From the NCBI GenBank assembly GCA_051294375.1, contig CM119271.1, positions 14,204,770 through 14,268,769 of the forward strand: DNA of 64,000 nt. The letters are read 5' to 3'. Below, in pieces: positions 1 through 12,648 of this stretch (its first letter is position 1; each line of letters opens with the position of its first letter). This stretch comes from Paraspadella gotoi (lineage: Eukaryota > Animalia > Chaetognatha). Made by a program: the position numbers and the translations under genes. The notes under the pieces are model-generated. The model saw nothing but the letters and a program-made list of their open reading frames with translations, did no database searches and had not been told where the DNA came from.

Positions 1-3000
1 CCCGTCACGGACCGGACGGGCACACCCCGATGCAACAGCCGACACTCCATCTCCTTGAGCCGCCCCATCATTTCGTTGAGGTCGTCGACGTCCGCTAGAG
101 ACCAGAGGCGTTCGGCGACCACGGCGGCCAGCGGCCAAGTGGACGAGAGGGCGGAGGAGGAACCCGCGTAATTGGTCCACATGCAGGCTGAAGGGAGGAG
201 GAAAGTTGTCATAATCTAATTTGCATATTGTAGCGATTTTGTAATGTACTATCGAAATTTTGGCATCTGTCCTAACCTTAGCGATTTGCAATCTTCGTGA
301 TCTATTTGCGTTACTACTACCAAAAAATATATGATTTATGAATTCAACCTTTTTAAAATATTGTAATTCAACGCTTTTTCTGTTTCATTTTTCAAGTTCG
401 AACGTATATATCCATTCATTTTTAATTCTCTATTTTTTCTCTAACTTAATTTCCTTCTATAGTCCACTCTGTATCAGCCTCGTGCGATTCAAAATAACAC
501 TTCTCGGTCGGTCAGTCCGTCCGTCTTCTATTCCAACCTTTTTCTATCCCATCTCCTCTCTTCCATTACGATTTATCAGTCTTCCGTTTTCCCTCATTAT
601 ACCAACGAATGGTAACATCAGTAGCGAAAGAGTCATCAGCTAATCGTTTCCACCACCACCATCCTTTTTAAGTTAATAACGCGGATTTGACCTTACTGTC
701 CAGCTCCTTATCCAACCAAATATACCCAAAAGCTTTTTGCCCTATGTCCAATTTAGACATGTGCACAAATATCACCAGGTCAGTCACCTTCTCCGCCCAA
801 AACGAGATCCTTTTGCTCTTTTGTTCCGTTAAAACTCGTGGGATCGCATTTGTAATACTCGCCGATGTAGTCCCAACTAAAGGGGTTCTAAATAAAGACA
901 ACAATAACAATTAACAATCGAAAATTAACCAACGGGGGAAGAACGATTAGAGAATATATAATTTATTTACATTTAGAAGATTAAGATACCAACAAGAAGA
1001 AAGAACGGCGTTGTATCCGGCTTTGGTCACTCGACTCAAGATGTCGTCATAGTCGTCGCCCCAAACTTGGACGATCTAGAAAAAAGATCTAGATAAAAGA
1101 CTTGATGGATTTATATATATATTGCGACGATTCCAAATAAATAAATAAAGAGAGCGCATTCGGAGAGATTGCCTAATTTAAAAAGGTCAATTAATTTAAT
1201 TCAATTTAATTCATCAGACTATAAACCAATAAAACTTACGTAGGAGATGAACTAATCAATTCATCAATCAATCAGACGATGCGCCATTGAATCGGACAAA
1301 ATAATCAATCAAGCAAGCAAACGAAAAAACAAATCAATCAATCAATTTCTTTCTGACTTATTACTTTTTCTCCTTCCCTCTTTTTCTCTCACCGTGCCCT
1401 TCTTCAACTGGACCCCGTTCAAAAATGGCTCCTCCCAAGTCATGGCCTCGAATCCCCCGTCGGCGGCGACTCGGACGAGCCGTTGGAAGTAGAGGCTCTC
1501 CAGTTCCTTCGGCGTCGAGATGTTGTTGTTCTTCATGAAGTCGAGGATTCGAGGATTGGAATTCCAACAGGCGAAGTCGACCTCGTCGCCGCCGAGGTGG
1601 AGGTGGGAGTCGGCGAATAACTAATCATATGAAGTAAATAATTCAATCAATAATTAAGGAGGATGACCTTCTCAAAGCCTTCGCCCCCCAAAGAACCACG
1701 TTAATAGCGGTCGATCGGGCGCGGTGTTAATAGTAGTACGTATTACCCCACAACCCGTGCGAGAATCAGCAGCACCTTTGGCGCCGGAAGTAACCCAAAA
1801 TACTCGGGATCGCGCCCTGCTGATTCACACAAGTAAGCGCGATGGGGCGTTTAACCCACCTGTAGTACAGCCCGATCCGAAGTTCAGTACCTACTGTGCA
1901 ACGGAGAATGAACTCCTCGCGGCATCGTCTTCCTCATTGGCTTCTTTAATAAGTTTAATGCTCTTTTATTTTCTTTAAAACATCTGGCGTCATAAATAGA
2001 TAAAATAGATGAAACTCGCCTTTCTCCACTCCTTGGTAAGGTTTCCTAAATACTCGAAGGTAGAATTTAACGTGGGGTCAGTGGGACCGAGAATTCCGGA
2101 AAAGCGACCGTCCTTGAAGCACGGGGTGAGAAAGTGAGGGAGTCCACGCCAAGCCGCGGTGTGCGCTGCGAGAGAGGGAATGAGAGAAAACCGTTTCCTT
2201 CTTCCTCCTCATTTCAAAACAACGCTCGCAGTTTGTTTTTTTTCTTCCCCAGTTTTCTATACATCAAACTCGACGTGTATCATATTGATCGCTCCTAAAA
2301 TTATTTCTCACCCGGTGTGTCGAATTCCGGGATGACTCGGATCCCTCGGAGTCTCGCTTCTTCGATGATTTCACTCACGTCGGACTAAACGGAAAATGGA
2401 ATCCCATTCATTCACATCGACTCGAATCAATTCAAATCAAATTCAAGATCAATCAGTCAATCAATCAATCAATCACTTAAATTCGAACCGCGAAGCGAAA
2501 CCCGGACCTGTGAATAAACGTGCTTGTTAGTATAAGCGCCTTGTCGGGTAAGTTCTGGGTAAGTTAGTGACTCGTAAGGAAAGGCCTCTTCGTCGACGAT
2601 GTGCCAGTGAAAGATGTTCATTTTGGCGGCGGCCATCGCGTCCAAGTTTTGGAGGAGAATGCGTTTTGGAAGGAAATGACGGGAGGTGTCGAGCATCACG
2701 CCTCTGAGCGGGGGGGGGGGAAGGAGGGGCTGAAATGTTGTGCAGCTGAGAGTTCCTATAGTTATTTTCGTTCCGTTTTCGATAATTCTATAATTCTCAG
2801 GCTTTTTTTATTAAATAAGTTTTTAAATCTCATTTGCATTTTGCAGTAGGCGATATATTTTAAGTTTATTCCTTTCAGTTCCGTTGAAAACATGGTTTAG
2901 CATAATATGCAAAGCAAATTTAATCTTAGTAAAAACGGATAATGGCAGTATACCGAATTAGTTGTTTTTTTTTTATAGTTGTACTTTCGTTAGTCAACGT

Positions 3001-4870
3001 TGACCTAAGGAAGTTAATTGATAGTTTCTAACTTTTAAAATGGAAACTTTTTTTTTTTAAATTCTTCTGACCAATATATATTTAGTTTAAAATTTGAATT
3101 TTGAAAGTTCTTGAACGTTATATTTTATAGTTTCTTATGAATTAGTTCATAATATTTTATTCATGAGTCCATTTAGACGTCTTTTGTTTTTGTTGAATTT
3201 TAATAGATTAGTTTTTACTTTTACACTGATACTGTTTCTGATTTGTCAATACTGTTTTTGGTATTATTTAAAAAAAATATTCTTGAATATATATAAAAAT
3301 TTTGTCCAATTCTTTCTTTTCACATTTAGTACATTAACGTTCTTTTTATGAATTCGTCCTTACCTTTTTTTAATGCTTCTAGTTTTGTATTAATGATTTT
3401 TGTTTGTTATTGATTTTGTTAATACTGCTTTTTATAAAAAAAGAAGGTATGACACGGTAAAAGTGTGGAATTAATCATTAATTAAAAACAAAAATTTCGT
3501 TTGTTTTTCTCATTCACGCCATTCGCCACAGCACGACACCTGTGCAAAAATCTCGGCTCGTCCTCAACGGTCGCGGCCTGCAGTTGCAAGCAGCCAGTCG
3601 AGGCGTTGGTGAAGACCATCTGGCTCAGGGTCTCCAAACCGCGGAGGGCGCCCCAGACTTGAGGGGCGACGATCGTGGCCGACCAACGATGCGTCTGGGG
3701 ATAGGGGCGAGTTTAAGCAAGTGAGACTAAGTAAGACCGAATGCAGCTGACATGACCTAGCCCGTGGCCTCCCTTCAGTGTGTCTCGAGGGAAGAGAAGG
3801 GGTTTGGGTCCAGTTCAAGAAAAGGGAACAAATGAAGTCGTTTTGGGATACCGTAGAGATAAGAGACGGTGTTTCGGTGAGTTGAAGGAGAAATGGCCTG
3901 ACCCTCCCCATCGGGGCATCTGACCAGTCATTCGTATAAAATTGACCTCAACTCTAATACAGCCATCGATCCAGCACTAATCCCCCCCCCCCAACCTCTA
4001 GCTTGTAAGCCTCGACGGAATGTTGGTCCGGAAAGACGCGTCCTTCACACGGCGAGTCGACGCGTATTCGAATTTGACTCAGCTGGTCATAACCATCGGG
4101 CATGTAGGAGCAGGACGAGGAACAAGAGGAGTGAGAAGTGGAGGAACATTTAGTGGAGCGGACGGAGGATGAGAAGTCGATCGGCCATCCTCCGCCGGTC
4201 AATTCGCCGGCCATGATGATTTTGAAATATCTGATGGAATCGAGTGAAGGGTCAAGGGGTCAGTGGGTGCCTACTACTGCCTAGTGTCTACTATCAATAA
4301 GTCACTAATGAGAAATAGGTCTGCGGAAAATGGATTAAGCTTTAGTGTGTAGTTTTTAGTTTTTTAGTTTATATGGGAGCCTCGAATTTCAATCAAAAAC
4401 CAAAAATCTCACTCGGACTCTAACACTGATTCTGTAAGTGATCATATGGTTGTCCTGTTATTGTCTTATGGTTTAAAAAGCGTCTGCAATTGCTATTTTT
4501 CGTTGGAGAATAAATCATTGATTTTATGGCAGTTTGAGATAGACAATGAACAATCATCATCGAGCATCGTCTTTGTCGTCTAGTCGTTAACTCACCTTTG
4601 AACGGCTCGACTAAGTACGTCGCAGTTGTACTTGACCGGAAGGATCTCCAGTTTAAACGGAAGAATAACGAGGGGCCTTTCCACGGCTGAGCGGTCGTAT
4701 TTGACCGGACGAGGCATCGGGGCTCCGCGGGTCGCCCGCACGGGATACCATCCGAGAGACGGACGGCGCGAGGATCGATCGGGGCCCGCTCCCGAGGCTG
4801 GGAACCGCGGGGCGAAAAGGGCTACGAGGACGAAGGCCAATCTGGCCGGGGCGACGAACTTATTGGTCAT
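1..4870 (-). CDS. HEXB: Beta-hexosaminidase (GH20, HexA/HexB-like), multi-exon; stop codon lies beyond the left edge
   Basis: Exons approx. 4870-4595 (signal-peptide-like MTNKFVAPARLAFVLVALF), ~4229-3996, 3694-3540 (VWGALRGLETLSQ), 2703-~2508 (RGVMLDTSRHFLP..NIFHWHIVDEEAFPYES), ~2385-2311 (RGIRVIPEFDTPG), ~2166-2020 (HT..GPTDPT), ~1620-1393 (catalytic HLGGDEV), ~1075-971 (WYLNL), 887-788 (LVLGGE), 187-1 (ACMW..WP..AERLWS). GT/AG junctions that were checked keep frame. Alpha vs beta orthology is unresolved. Confidence 0.93.
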
Positions 4871-7164
4871 TTCGATGATCGTTTTAAAGCTAAAATGCTT
4901 CTAATATGTATTTTTTAAAAGCGTCATTTTTTATTTCGGAAGTTTGAACATATTAATTCGCTTCCTCGGATTTGTCAGTAAATATGTGTAGTAGTTTTTG
5001 TACCGTAATTACCGTGTAAATCCGTCCAGTGGATTTCTTTTGGTCGAGAGAAGAAAAGAGAAGAAATCTCGTTTTATTAAAAAGAAAAAACTAAAGAACG
5101 GCCCTGGTGAAAAAATTATGATAATAATAATAAATTTTAAGGATAATAATAATACTATATCAAGTATAAAATCACATTTAACAATAAATTCGTTTCTCCT
5201 ACGAATTGAAATCTAAATTAAACTTCGCTCAATAAAAACTTGAGACAGAAAAAATAGTAACACCAAAGTAAGAAAAAAGTCGGACTAAGAAACCACAACG
5301 GTAGAAATCACGAGAAAAAAAGTGAGTTTTTTTAAATTCTTTTTTATATAAAAAATATTATCTGTATGTAATAAAAACGTGCAAAGACGAGGAATAAAGG
5401 ATTCAGTCGTTTGCCTTTTTTCAATTGGATGAACCGTGAAAAATATGGGTTAACGAACGACGCCGAGTAAACGATGAATATAAACTTTTTATATTAAATC
5501 ACGCACAAGATTGGACGTTGTTGCAGTGAACTTTTGATAGAGAAGGTGAATGTAGACGTTAAGATTCGCATCACATGAGCTGCCGGTTTTAATAACGAAT
5601 GTTTGTAATAAAATATTTAAAAAAAAAAACAAAACTAAACTTATAAAAAAATGGAATAATCACAACAGAAGCGACACGGACTTTTCTATTCTAAAACATT
5701 AAGTGAAAAGTTTGAAAAATTGATTTCAACAACGATTTTTATTTTTCGAAAGAAATACGGATATCTTTCGGCTTACAATTCAAGCCTTTATCACCGTAAT
5801 AATGCTGATGAAGGCTTGAATTGTAAGTCGAAACCTGTCCGATTTTCTTTCGAAAAATTCGTTGAAATCAATTTTTCAAAATTTTCACTTAATCTTGCAA
5901 AAATTCTTGCTACACAACGAAAAGAAAGTTTTATAACACAATGTCTATTCTAAAACAAAAAATATTAACGAATTCCAAACTAAACATTAAGCAGGTTATC
6001 GTAATGAAACTATTAGAATTATCCTAAAAAAAGCTATATTTCACTAAATAACACAAAAAATGTATTTAAAATGTATTTATGCTTCGCCCATCATAAAATT
6101 TAACTAAAAAGAAATGAACTTTGGCACAAATGAAAACAAGATTATTGAAATTTGAATGGAAATATAAAAATGACAATTTCTAAAAATGAAAAAAGGAAAG
6201 TGAAGCTCATTTAAATAATGTTTATTTAACTGATGAGCAGTAAGTTTTGTAGGACGGCTCACCTTGATACAAAAACCCCTGGCCAGCAACGGTCTGTCCT
6301 CAAATAATTATACTATCCAATCTTAAACATAGTATGTGTTTTATTAAATTTCAACTAAACGAAAAACGAATGTAGCTAAAATAAAGCATAATAAAAGCTC
6401 AAGGAAAGCATGCAATTAAAGAGATGACCTCAAAAGTATAAGTAAGGAGGGGATGGAGAGACTCTCGTAGAGGTCTTTTCTTAATTTTTAATATGTCATC
6501 TAGAATGTTTTTCCCTATCACATTAAGAAATAATGTGTGACCTAAACTAAATTAATCTTTCTTTCCGCAAGTGAGTGACTCTCACTGGCGCTTGCAAAGT
6601 TGCAATCGAGTCAGTCCGTGAAAGCCAAGCATCTCACGAGACAGAAGCTTGAAAACGAAACTATGTTTTATGGTACTTTTAAAAGTGTTATCCTGTTTTA
6701 TGTAATAGTTCGCGAAAATATAGCGAGTGAAATATTGGACATGACTAAAACCCGCATATCTAAAAACGTGCTGGGTCAAGTGTTTCATTTTGCCCCGCCC
6801 ACAAACAAAACAAGACCCCACAAATAATTGATGTATGCAATAAGGGGCTTAAAGACGAAATATATAACGGAAGAGTTTTTCTAATGAATAAACAAAAGTG
6901 CTTGAACGAAAACGTGGAATTTTTTGATTGTTCTTAAGAATTCCGGGTCAGCATCCATTTAGCTACCTTCGAAAGTCTTAATAATAATTACGTGTGGAAT
7001 GGCGAAGCTTTTCTTTTAAATTAGCGTCTTTTTCACCTTCATTAGCTTAGCCTTAGGCTCAATTCATATCAAGATTTCAATTCCCTGGCCGAAAAACTAC
7101 GATGCGTTTCAACCGATCTCTTCATCTTTCCTTCTTCTCTAATAACCCCTTCCTCCCCCGCTTC

Positions 7165-10100
7165 TCATTCCCTTCTCTTCTCCTCCTGCTCTTCCTCCTC
7201 CTCCTCCACCGGGCTCACGACCATCAACAACTTCTGCGCCGCGATCGACGCCCGAAAGGCGCGTCGAAAGATCTCGAACTTGGCGCACTTCTCCACGTGA
7301 CGCATGGCGAAGTAGATGGGCGTGCCGGAGAGGACGCCGACGAGGAGAAAGATGACGGCGTCGACGTCGTTGTAGAGGATAACGAAGACGATGAGGAGAC
7401 AGTAGATCGTCATGAGGATGGGAAGGACTGGATAAAATCGGGGTGGGTGGAGAATGAGAAGGTAAATCGATCAAACGAACGGACGGACAAACGTAGACAA
7501 TTAAGAGATAAAGGTGCCCTGAAGATATAATAACCAAGGTCGCTATACATTAAATTCAAATGTTAAACCTATATTTACAAGAGACTGACCTACCTAAAAA
7601 TCGTAGAACAAATTTATTCAAAGCACGATAATATGCAAATTATTTTAAAGTACTCCAGGAATCAAACCATAAATAACGAAACCGGCACTCACCGACGGGC
7701 ATCTTGATGGGCCGGTAGCGATCGGGATCTTTGTAGCGAAGATAGACGAGGCCTAGTAGCGTGATGCCGAGCGACAAGTAGCGAACGAAGGAGAAGTAGC
7801 GCATGAGCAGAAAGATGTCCGAGAATTGCTGCATGACCACAATCAGAACTACGAAAACGGAAAAAAAATATATGCTGAAAGTTCTTTATTCTCATTTGCA
7901 TAATGTAGCAGTTTATATTATTTCTCGTAACTTCCAAATACGTGTTCTTTTATAATGATTTTAATCATACGTTTATAATTGACAAATGATTTTATTTTTC
8001 TAAAACGATGTAGACGTTTCATCATAAAACTAATTTTCAAAGGCAAGTATTTTTTTCAAATTTAAGAAGATTGTCTGATGTTAAATAACAATATTATTTT
8101 CAAATCAGTCTGATAAACGAGAAAATGGTCTTATTCCAAGATGTGATGTATTTGTGAACTTTGAGGTCTTGCAGCACGTGAGCGATGGCATATTTTGACT
8201 CAGTGTGAGGTGGTTGTGAGACTTTTGGAGAAATTGAGTGTGACACTGTCGAAATTTGATGATAAGAGATTTGATGATAAGAGAGTTTATAAAAATGATA
8301 GTAATGTTATAAGTTTTGATGTGAGTGTTTTTTACTATATTTTTGTTATCAGTGTAGTTTTTATTTGTTAACCGTGTTTTTACGCTGTTTTTGGTACCGT
8401 TTCTGTTTTTTGTATTTATGTTAATATCGTTTTGGTTATCAATAAAAAATAAAAAAATATTCTAATGGGGCAATCCCCATCAGAAAATAAACTGTTGCAC
8501 AACACACGTAAAATAGTCACAAGAGATTTGCATTAGCGCCTCACCCGTGAAAATAATAATGGCGGGAACGGGTGTGAACTTGTCCACGTGAATCATGGAG
8601 AGGATCGAGGGAAGGAGTTTGTCTCTGGCGCCGACGAGATAGAGACGAGAAGAGGTGAGGACGCAACCGTTGATGGAACCGAAGACGGAGCAGACCACGA
8701 AAAGGGACATGATCCATGGCACCGGCTGTAGGAATGACATTGGAGAATCATTCAACCTTTTTAAATTGACATATTTAACAATAAAATTTGTTGTTTCTAT
8801 TATTAAATAATTTATTTTTGTTTGTTTTTTTCTTCGTTTTTGTATTTCTGTGCTGATTTTTCTTTTATCCGGTTTCCTTTTTAATTTTTTTCTTTTTTTT
8901 TAATTTCTTTCTTTATATAAAAAATAACTAAGTCTCTCAATCATTCTAATCATTCCCACCCTTTCCCCTTCCCCTTCCCACCCTTTCCTCTTCCCACTTT
9001 TTCCCAATTCCCACCCTTTCCTCTTCCCACCCTAATTCCACTTCCCATCCTTTCCCCTTTCCTTTTCCCCCTTTCCACCCTTTCCTATTTCCCCTTCTAT
9101 CCATTTTCCCCTTCCCACCCTTTCCACCTGCAAGAAAATATTAGCGACTGTGTTGGCGACGGCCGGCGACGTCATCATCTCGATCGGCGAGAGGATCGAG
9201 AAGTAGGCGACGTTGACGAGAAGATAGATGGAGGTGCAGAGGCTCATGGAGACGAGAATGGCGAGAGGGAGGGTGCGGTAGGGGTTGGCCAACTCCTCCG
9301 TCAAGAAATTGAGGTTGTCCCATCCGCCGTAGGTGAAGACTCCCACCTTACGAAGGAAGAGACAAAAATGAATAAAAAGAAAGAGAGAAGCGACGCCTAA
9401 TTCTCTCTTCCCTCACCATGATGGCCTTGGCGATCGGTAAGATCCCCTGGTCGGTCCCCTCGAAGGAATCCTTGAAGTTTTCGACGCGCCCTTGGGAGAG
9501 TTGGTAGACCCCGATGAAGGTTATAACGAGGAGGGCGATCACTTTGGTTGCTGTGAAGAACACCTGTGAGAAGAGGGAGGGAAGAAAGGAGGAGAGAAGT
9601 GTGTAAAAAGGAAAGGAGTGAGAGGTAAGTAAGGAAAAAAAGAAGGAGAAAAGGAAAAAAGGAAGAAGAAAAGGAAAAAAGGAAGAAGAAAAGGAAAAAG
9701 AAGGTTAAAAGGGGAAGATTTAATATAAGACAAAGAAGGCAAATTAACCTCGCGGCGATTTCGTTTTTAATATCCGGTTTTCACACACTTCGGTGAGAAT
9801 CACAGATATTCTCACGCTGAATTTTGTGTCCAGAGCACGAAGAAATCATAAAAACTAGAATAACAACAACAACAACAACTACTACTCGCCTGAGTTTTGG
9901 CGGCAAATTGAACCGAGTGACAATTGATGTAAGAAATGAGCAAAATGACGACCAGAGCAATCACTCGCGCCACCAACGACGATGGGAAACTGAAAGAGGA
10001 AGATTAATTACATTTGTACGAAACTGGAAATTTTAAAGAAACGTGAATGATGTATCGGTTTCTGGTTCACGTCTAAATTTTGAATCTAATAATTAAAAGA

Positions 10101-12648
10101 TAAACATTGTTTTTAAAAAAAAAGAGGACGGCTTGAATGTCAACCTGTCGGCGCAGAAGAGATGGATGACGGGCTGAACCACGTATTCGGAGAAACTGAG
10201 GGCCAACGCCGCAGTCGCGCAAGGCTGAAAGAAAGAGAAAAGATATAAAAAAAATATGAGAAAAAAGAAAAAAAAATATAAAAGAAAAGAATATAACAAA
10301 CAAAAAAAAAAGATGAGAAGAGAAAAGAATAGACGAGGAGAGAAAAGAAAATGACAGAAAAGAGAAAATAAAAAAAAAAAAAAAGAAAAAAAAACACGAG
10401 GAAAAAAAATTTAAATAAAGAAAACCTAATGAAACCTGCATGAAGGCGATGTTCATCCATAAGACGATGAAAGCAAGAAAAGGAGAGAAGATGACTCTGA
10501 GATAAGCGTAGTCTCCGCCCGACACTACGATCGTCGTCCCCAGTTCCGCGTAACACAGCGCCAACAAACCTTCAGCGGGAAAAGAGTGAACATCGAAATA
10601 TAAACAAAAAACAAGCGGGCACGTTTATTACGTTTGACAGGTCAAAAAACGAGAGACGCTGGTATGTATCAGAGTTCAATCAGCATTTTTTATCTATTTT
10701 GTTTTTTTATTAATATTATGGTTCCTTTTTTTTCCTTACCTTTTTCATTAAAGCTCCAAAAATTTATAATATGAAACTTTGTTAGTTATTTTTATTTTTT
10801 ATAGACCGACATACCGACAGACCGACATATCTCAGACTGAGTTGTAAATTATTTAGAAAGAAGCTCCAGTACCCCAAGTCTAATACCTGATGAAACGCCG
10901 CACCAGGCCCAAATGAGCAGCGCCGCTCCGACCGAGCGAACCTCCTCGACGATTCCTGTTTTCAATAAAAATATTATGTTAGTGTTTAAACTAAATATAA
11001 TAAAATTAAATTAACAATTCGGATACGAAAAATGGAAAGTTTTCTTTAGAAAAAAAAAATCTTTTAAAACTGAAACTGGAGCTCTCAATCTAAAAGGGAA
11101 GGAAATTGAGAGAAAGGGAAAAGGGGAATTGAGAGAAAAAAAAGGAAAAGGGGGAAGGAAGGAAGGGGAAAGGGGAACGGGAAAGGGGAATGGGAAGGAG
11201 AAATGGAAAAGGAGAAAGAGGCAGGATGAAAGGGGAAGGGAATAAAAAAAAGGGAGAACCATAAAGGATAATGGGAGAGAAGGGAGAAAGAGAATGAAAG
11301 AAACGTAACGCGACCAAGTTTAAAATTATCTCCGTTTATGTAAATGTTTAAATTAAAGAACTCTGTCCGATAAAAATTTCTGTTTCACTAAGAGGATCTT
11401 AAAGATATCACTTTTAACCAAATAACAATTGATCTCGAGGCCGAGCTAATCAAACTGTCGAGTAATGATGATGCCACTCCTCTGGCAAACAATGGTCTCC
11501 ACGAGGGAACGAAAGACTAAAAAAAAAATAAAACTTAACGACCCATTAATCCGAACCAAGATCGACAACTTTTTCATTCAAACTCTAACGGCAAAAAAAA
11601 AAAAAAATTGGGAATCGAATTTGAAAATCTTTTTTTCAGGATCGGGTTGCACGATAATGATAAAGAAGACCTCCAGACAGAGAACACATGGTTTCAATTC
11701 CACCTCGAGAAGAAAACTCAGTCGTAAACCTTTCCAAGGCCACGTTTAAAGCCCGAAGGAACGAAAAGAGGTTTTTTGTTTTTTTTTCAAAAAAGAAGAG
11801 AAAATAAAATAAAAAGTGGATTTTGGACTCGACGCGCACGTTTCTCAACCGGACGGACGATGCCTTTGAGGCAAAAAGTCTGGGAGAAGAGAGGAATTTG
11901 GGAATTCGGTCACGAAGTCGAGTTCTTTCGAGTCCTCGAGATCGGACAGGCGTTTTATCGCGGCCCTCGAGGCTCGAGCATGTTTAATTGTTTGTTGTTT
12001 GAGTTTATTTACTTTCGGATAAACATCGCGCATATTTTATCAGACTTTTCAAGTTTTCAGTAGGCTAATTATTCGGCTTCAATCATGGCTGTTAACCAGA
12101 CATTTACCGGCCTTTTAAGTATATTACATCATCAATTCAGTCTCACCTGTGGGCGAGATAAAAATTCCCGATCCGATGATGATGCCGATGATGATCGAAG
12201 ATCCTTGAAGGACGCCGATCTCTTTTTTGAGCGCCACGCCCCCACCGCCGTTTCCATTTCCGGTTTTGGACAAACGTTTGGCAGAATCATCACTTTAATA
12301 TATACGGCAATGGTTGTTAACAAGATATTATTAACTTTAAATATCTATTTCTCCGCACCAATTCTGACCCAAATAGTGATAATCAACCCGCACATTTCGT
12401 TTGTTTTACAGATGCGAATCTCTTCTTTGACTCGTCAAGTGTCACAATTTTAAGATCAACTTTACCGCAGTATCAATTTTCATTAAAATTATCAAGAGCG
12501 TTGAATTTGTCAGTATGGGAATTATTAAAGGGTTGAGCAATATATTTGTCGTCGTTAATGAGATTAGTGTCAGACTAAAGGGAATAAAAATAAGACACAT
12601 TCTAGGTCAAAAAAATTACCTTTGGATGTCTTCCGCCGGTTTCGACAT
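7165..12648 (-). CDS. SLC7/LAT-family (L-type / y+L) amino-acid transporter light chain, multi-exon
   Basis: Micro first exon 12648-12620 (MSKPAEDIQ) splices in frame to ..[29 protein letters not shown] (~12290-12146). Later exons carry [84 protein letters not shown] and [16 protein letters not shown]; stop at 7165. These are hallmark LAT motifs. Confidence 0.92.

Noticed and set aside
1905-1945. CTCCTCGCGG resembling an HDV-like ribozyme L3 loop
   Set aside because: No P3/P1/P2 pairing could be built around it.
3722-3940. Moderately GC-rich intron with short hairpins, a possible ncRNA
   Set aside because: Only short scattered complementarities and no recognisable box or consensus motifs.
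8950-11320. Phe/Pro/Ser-rich ORFs and purine/pyrimidine tracts
   Set aside because: Low-complexity intronic sequence of the SLC7 gene, not coding.
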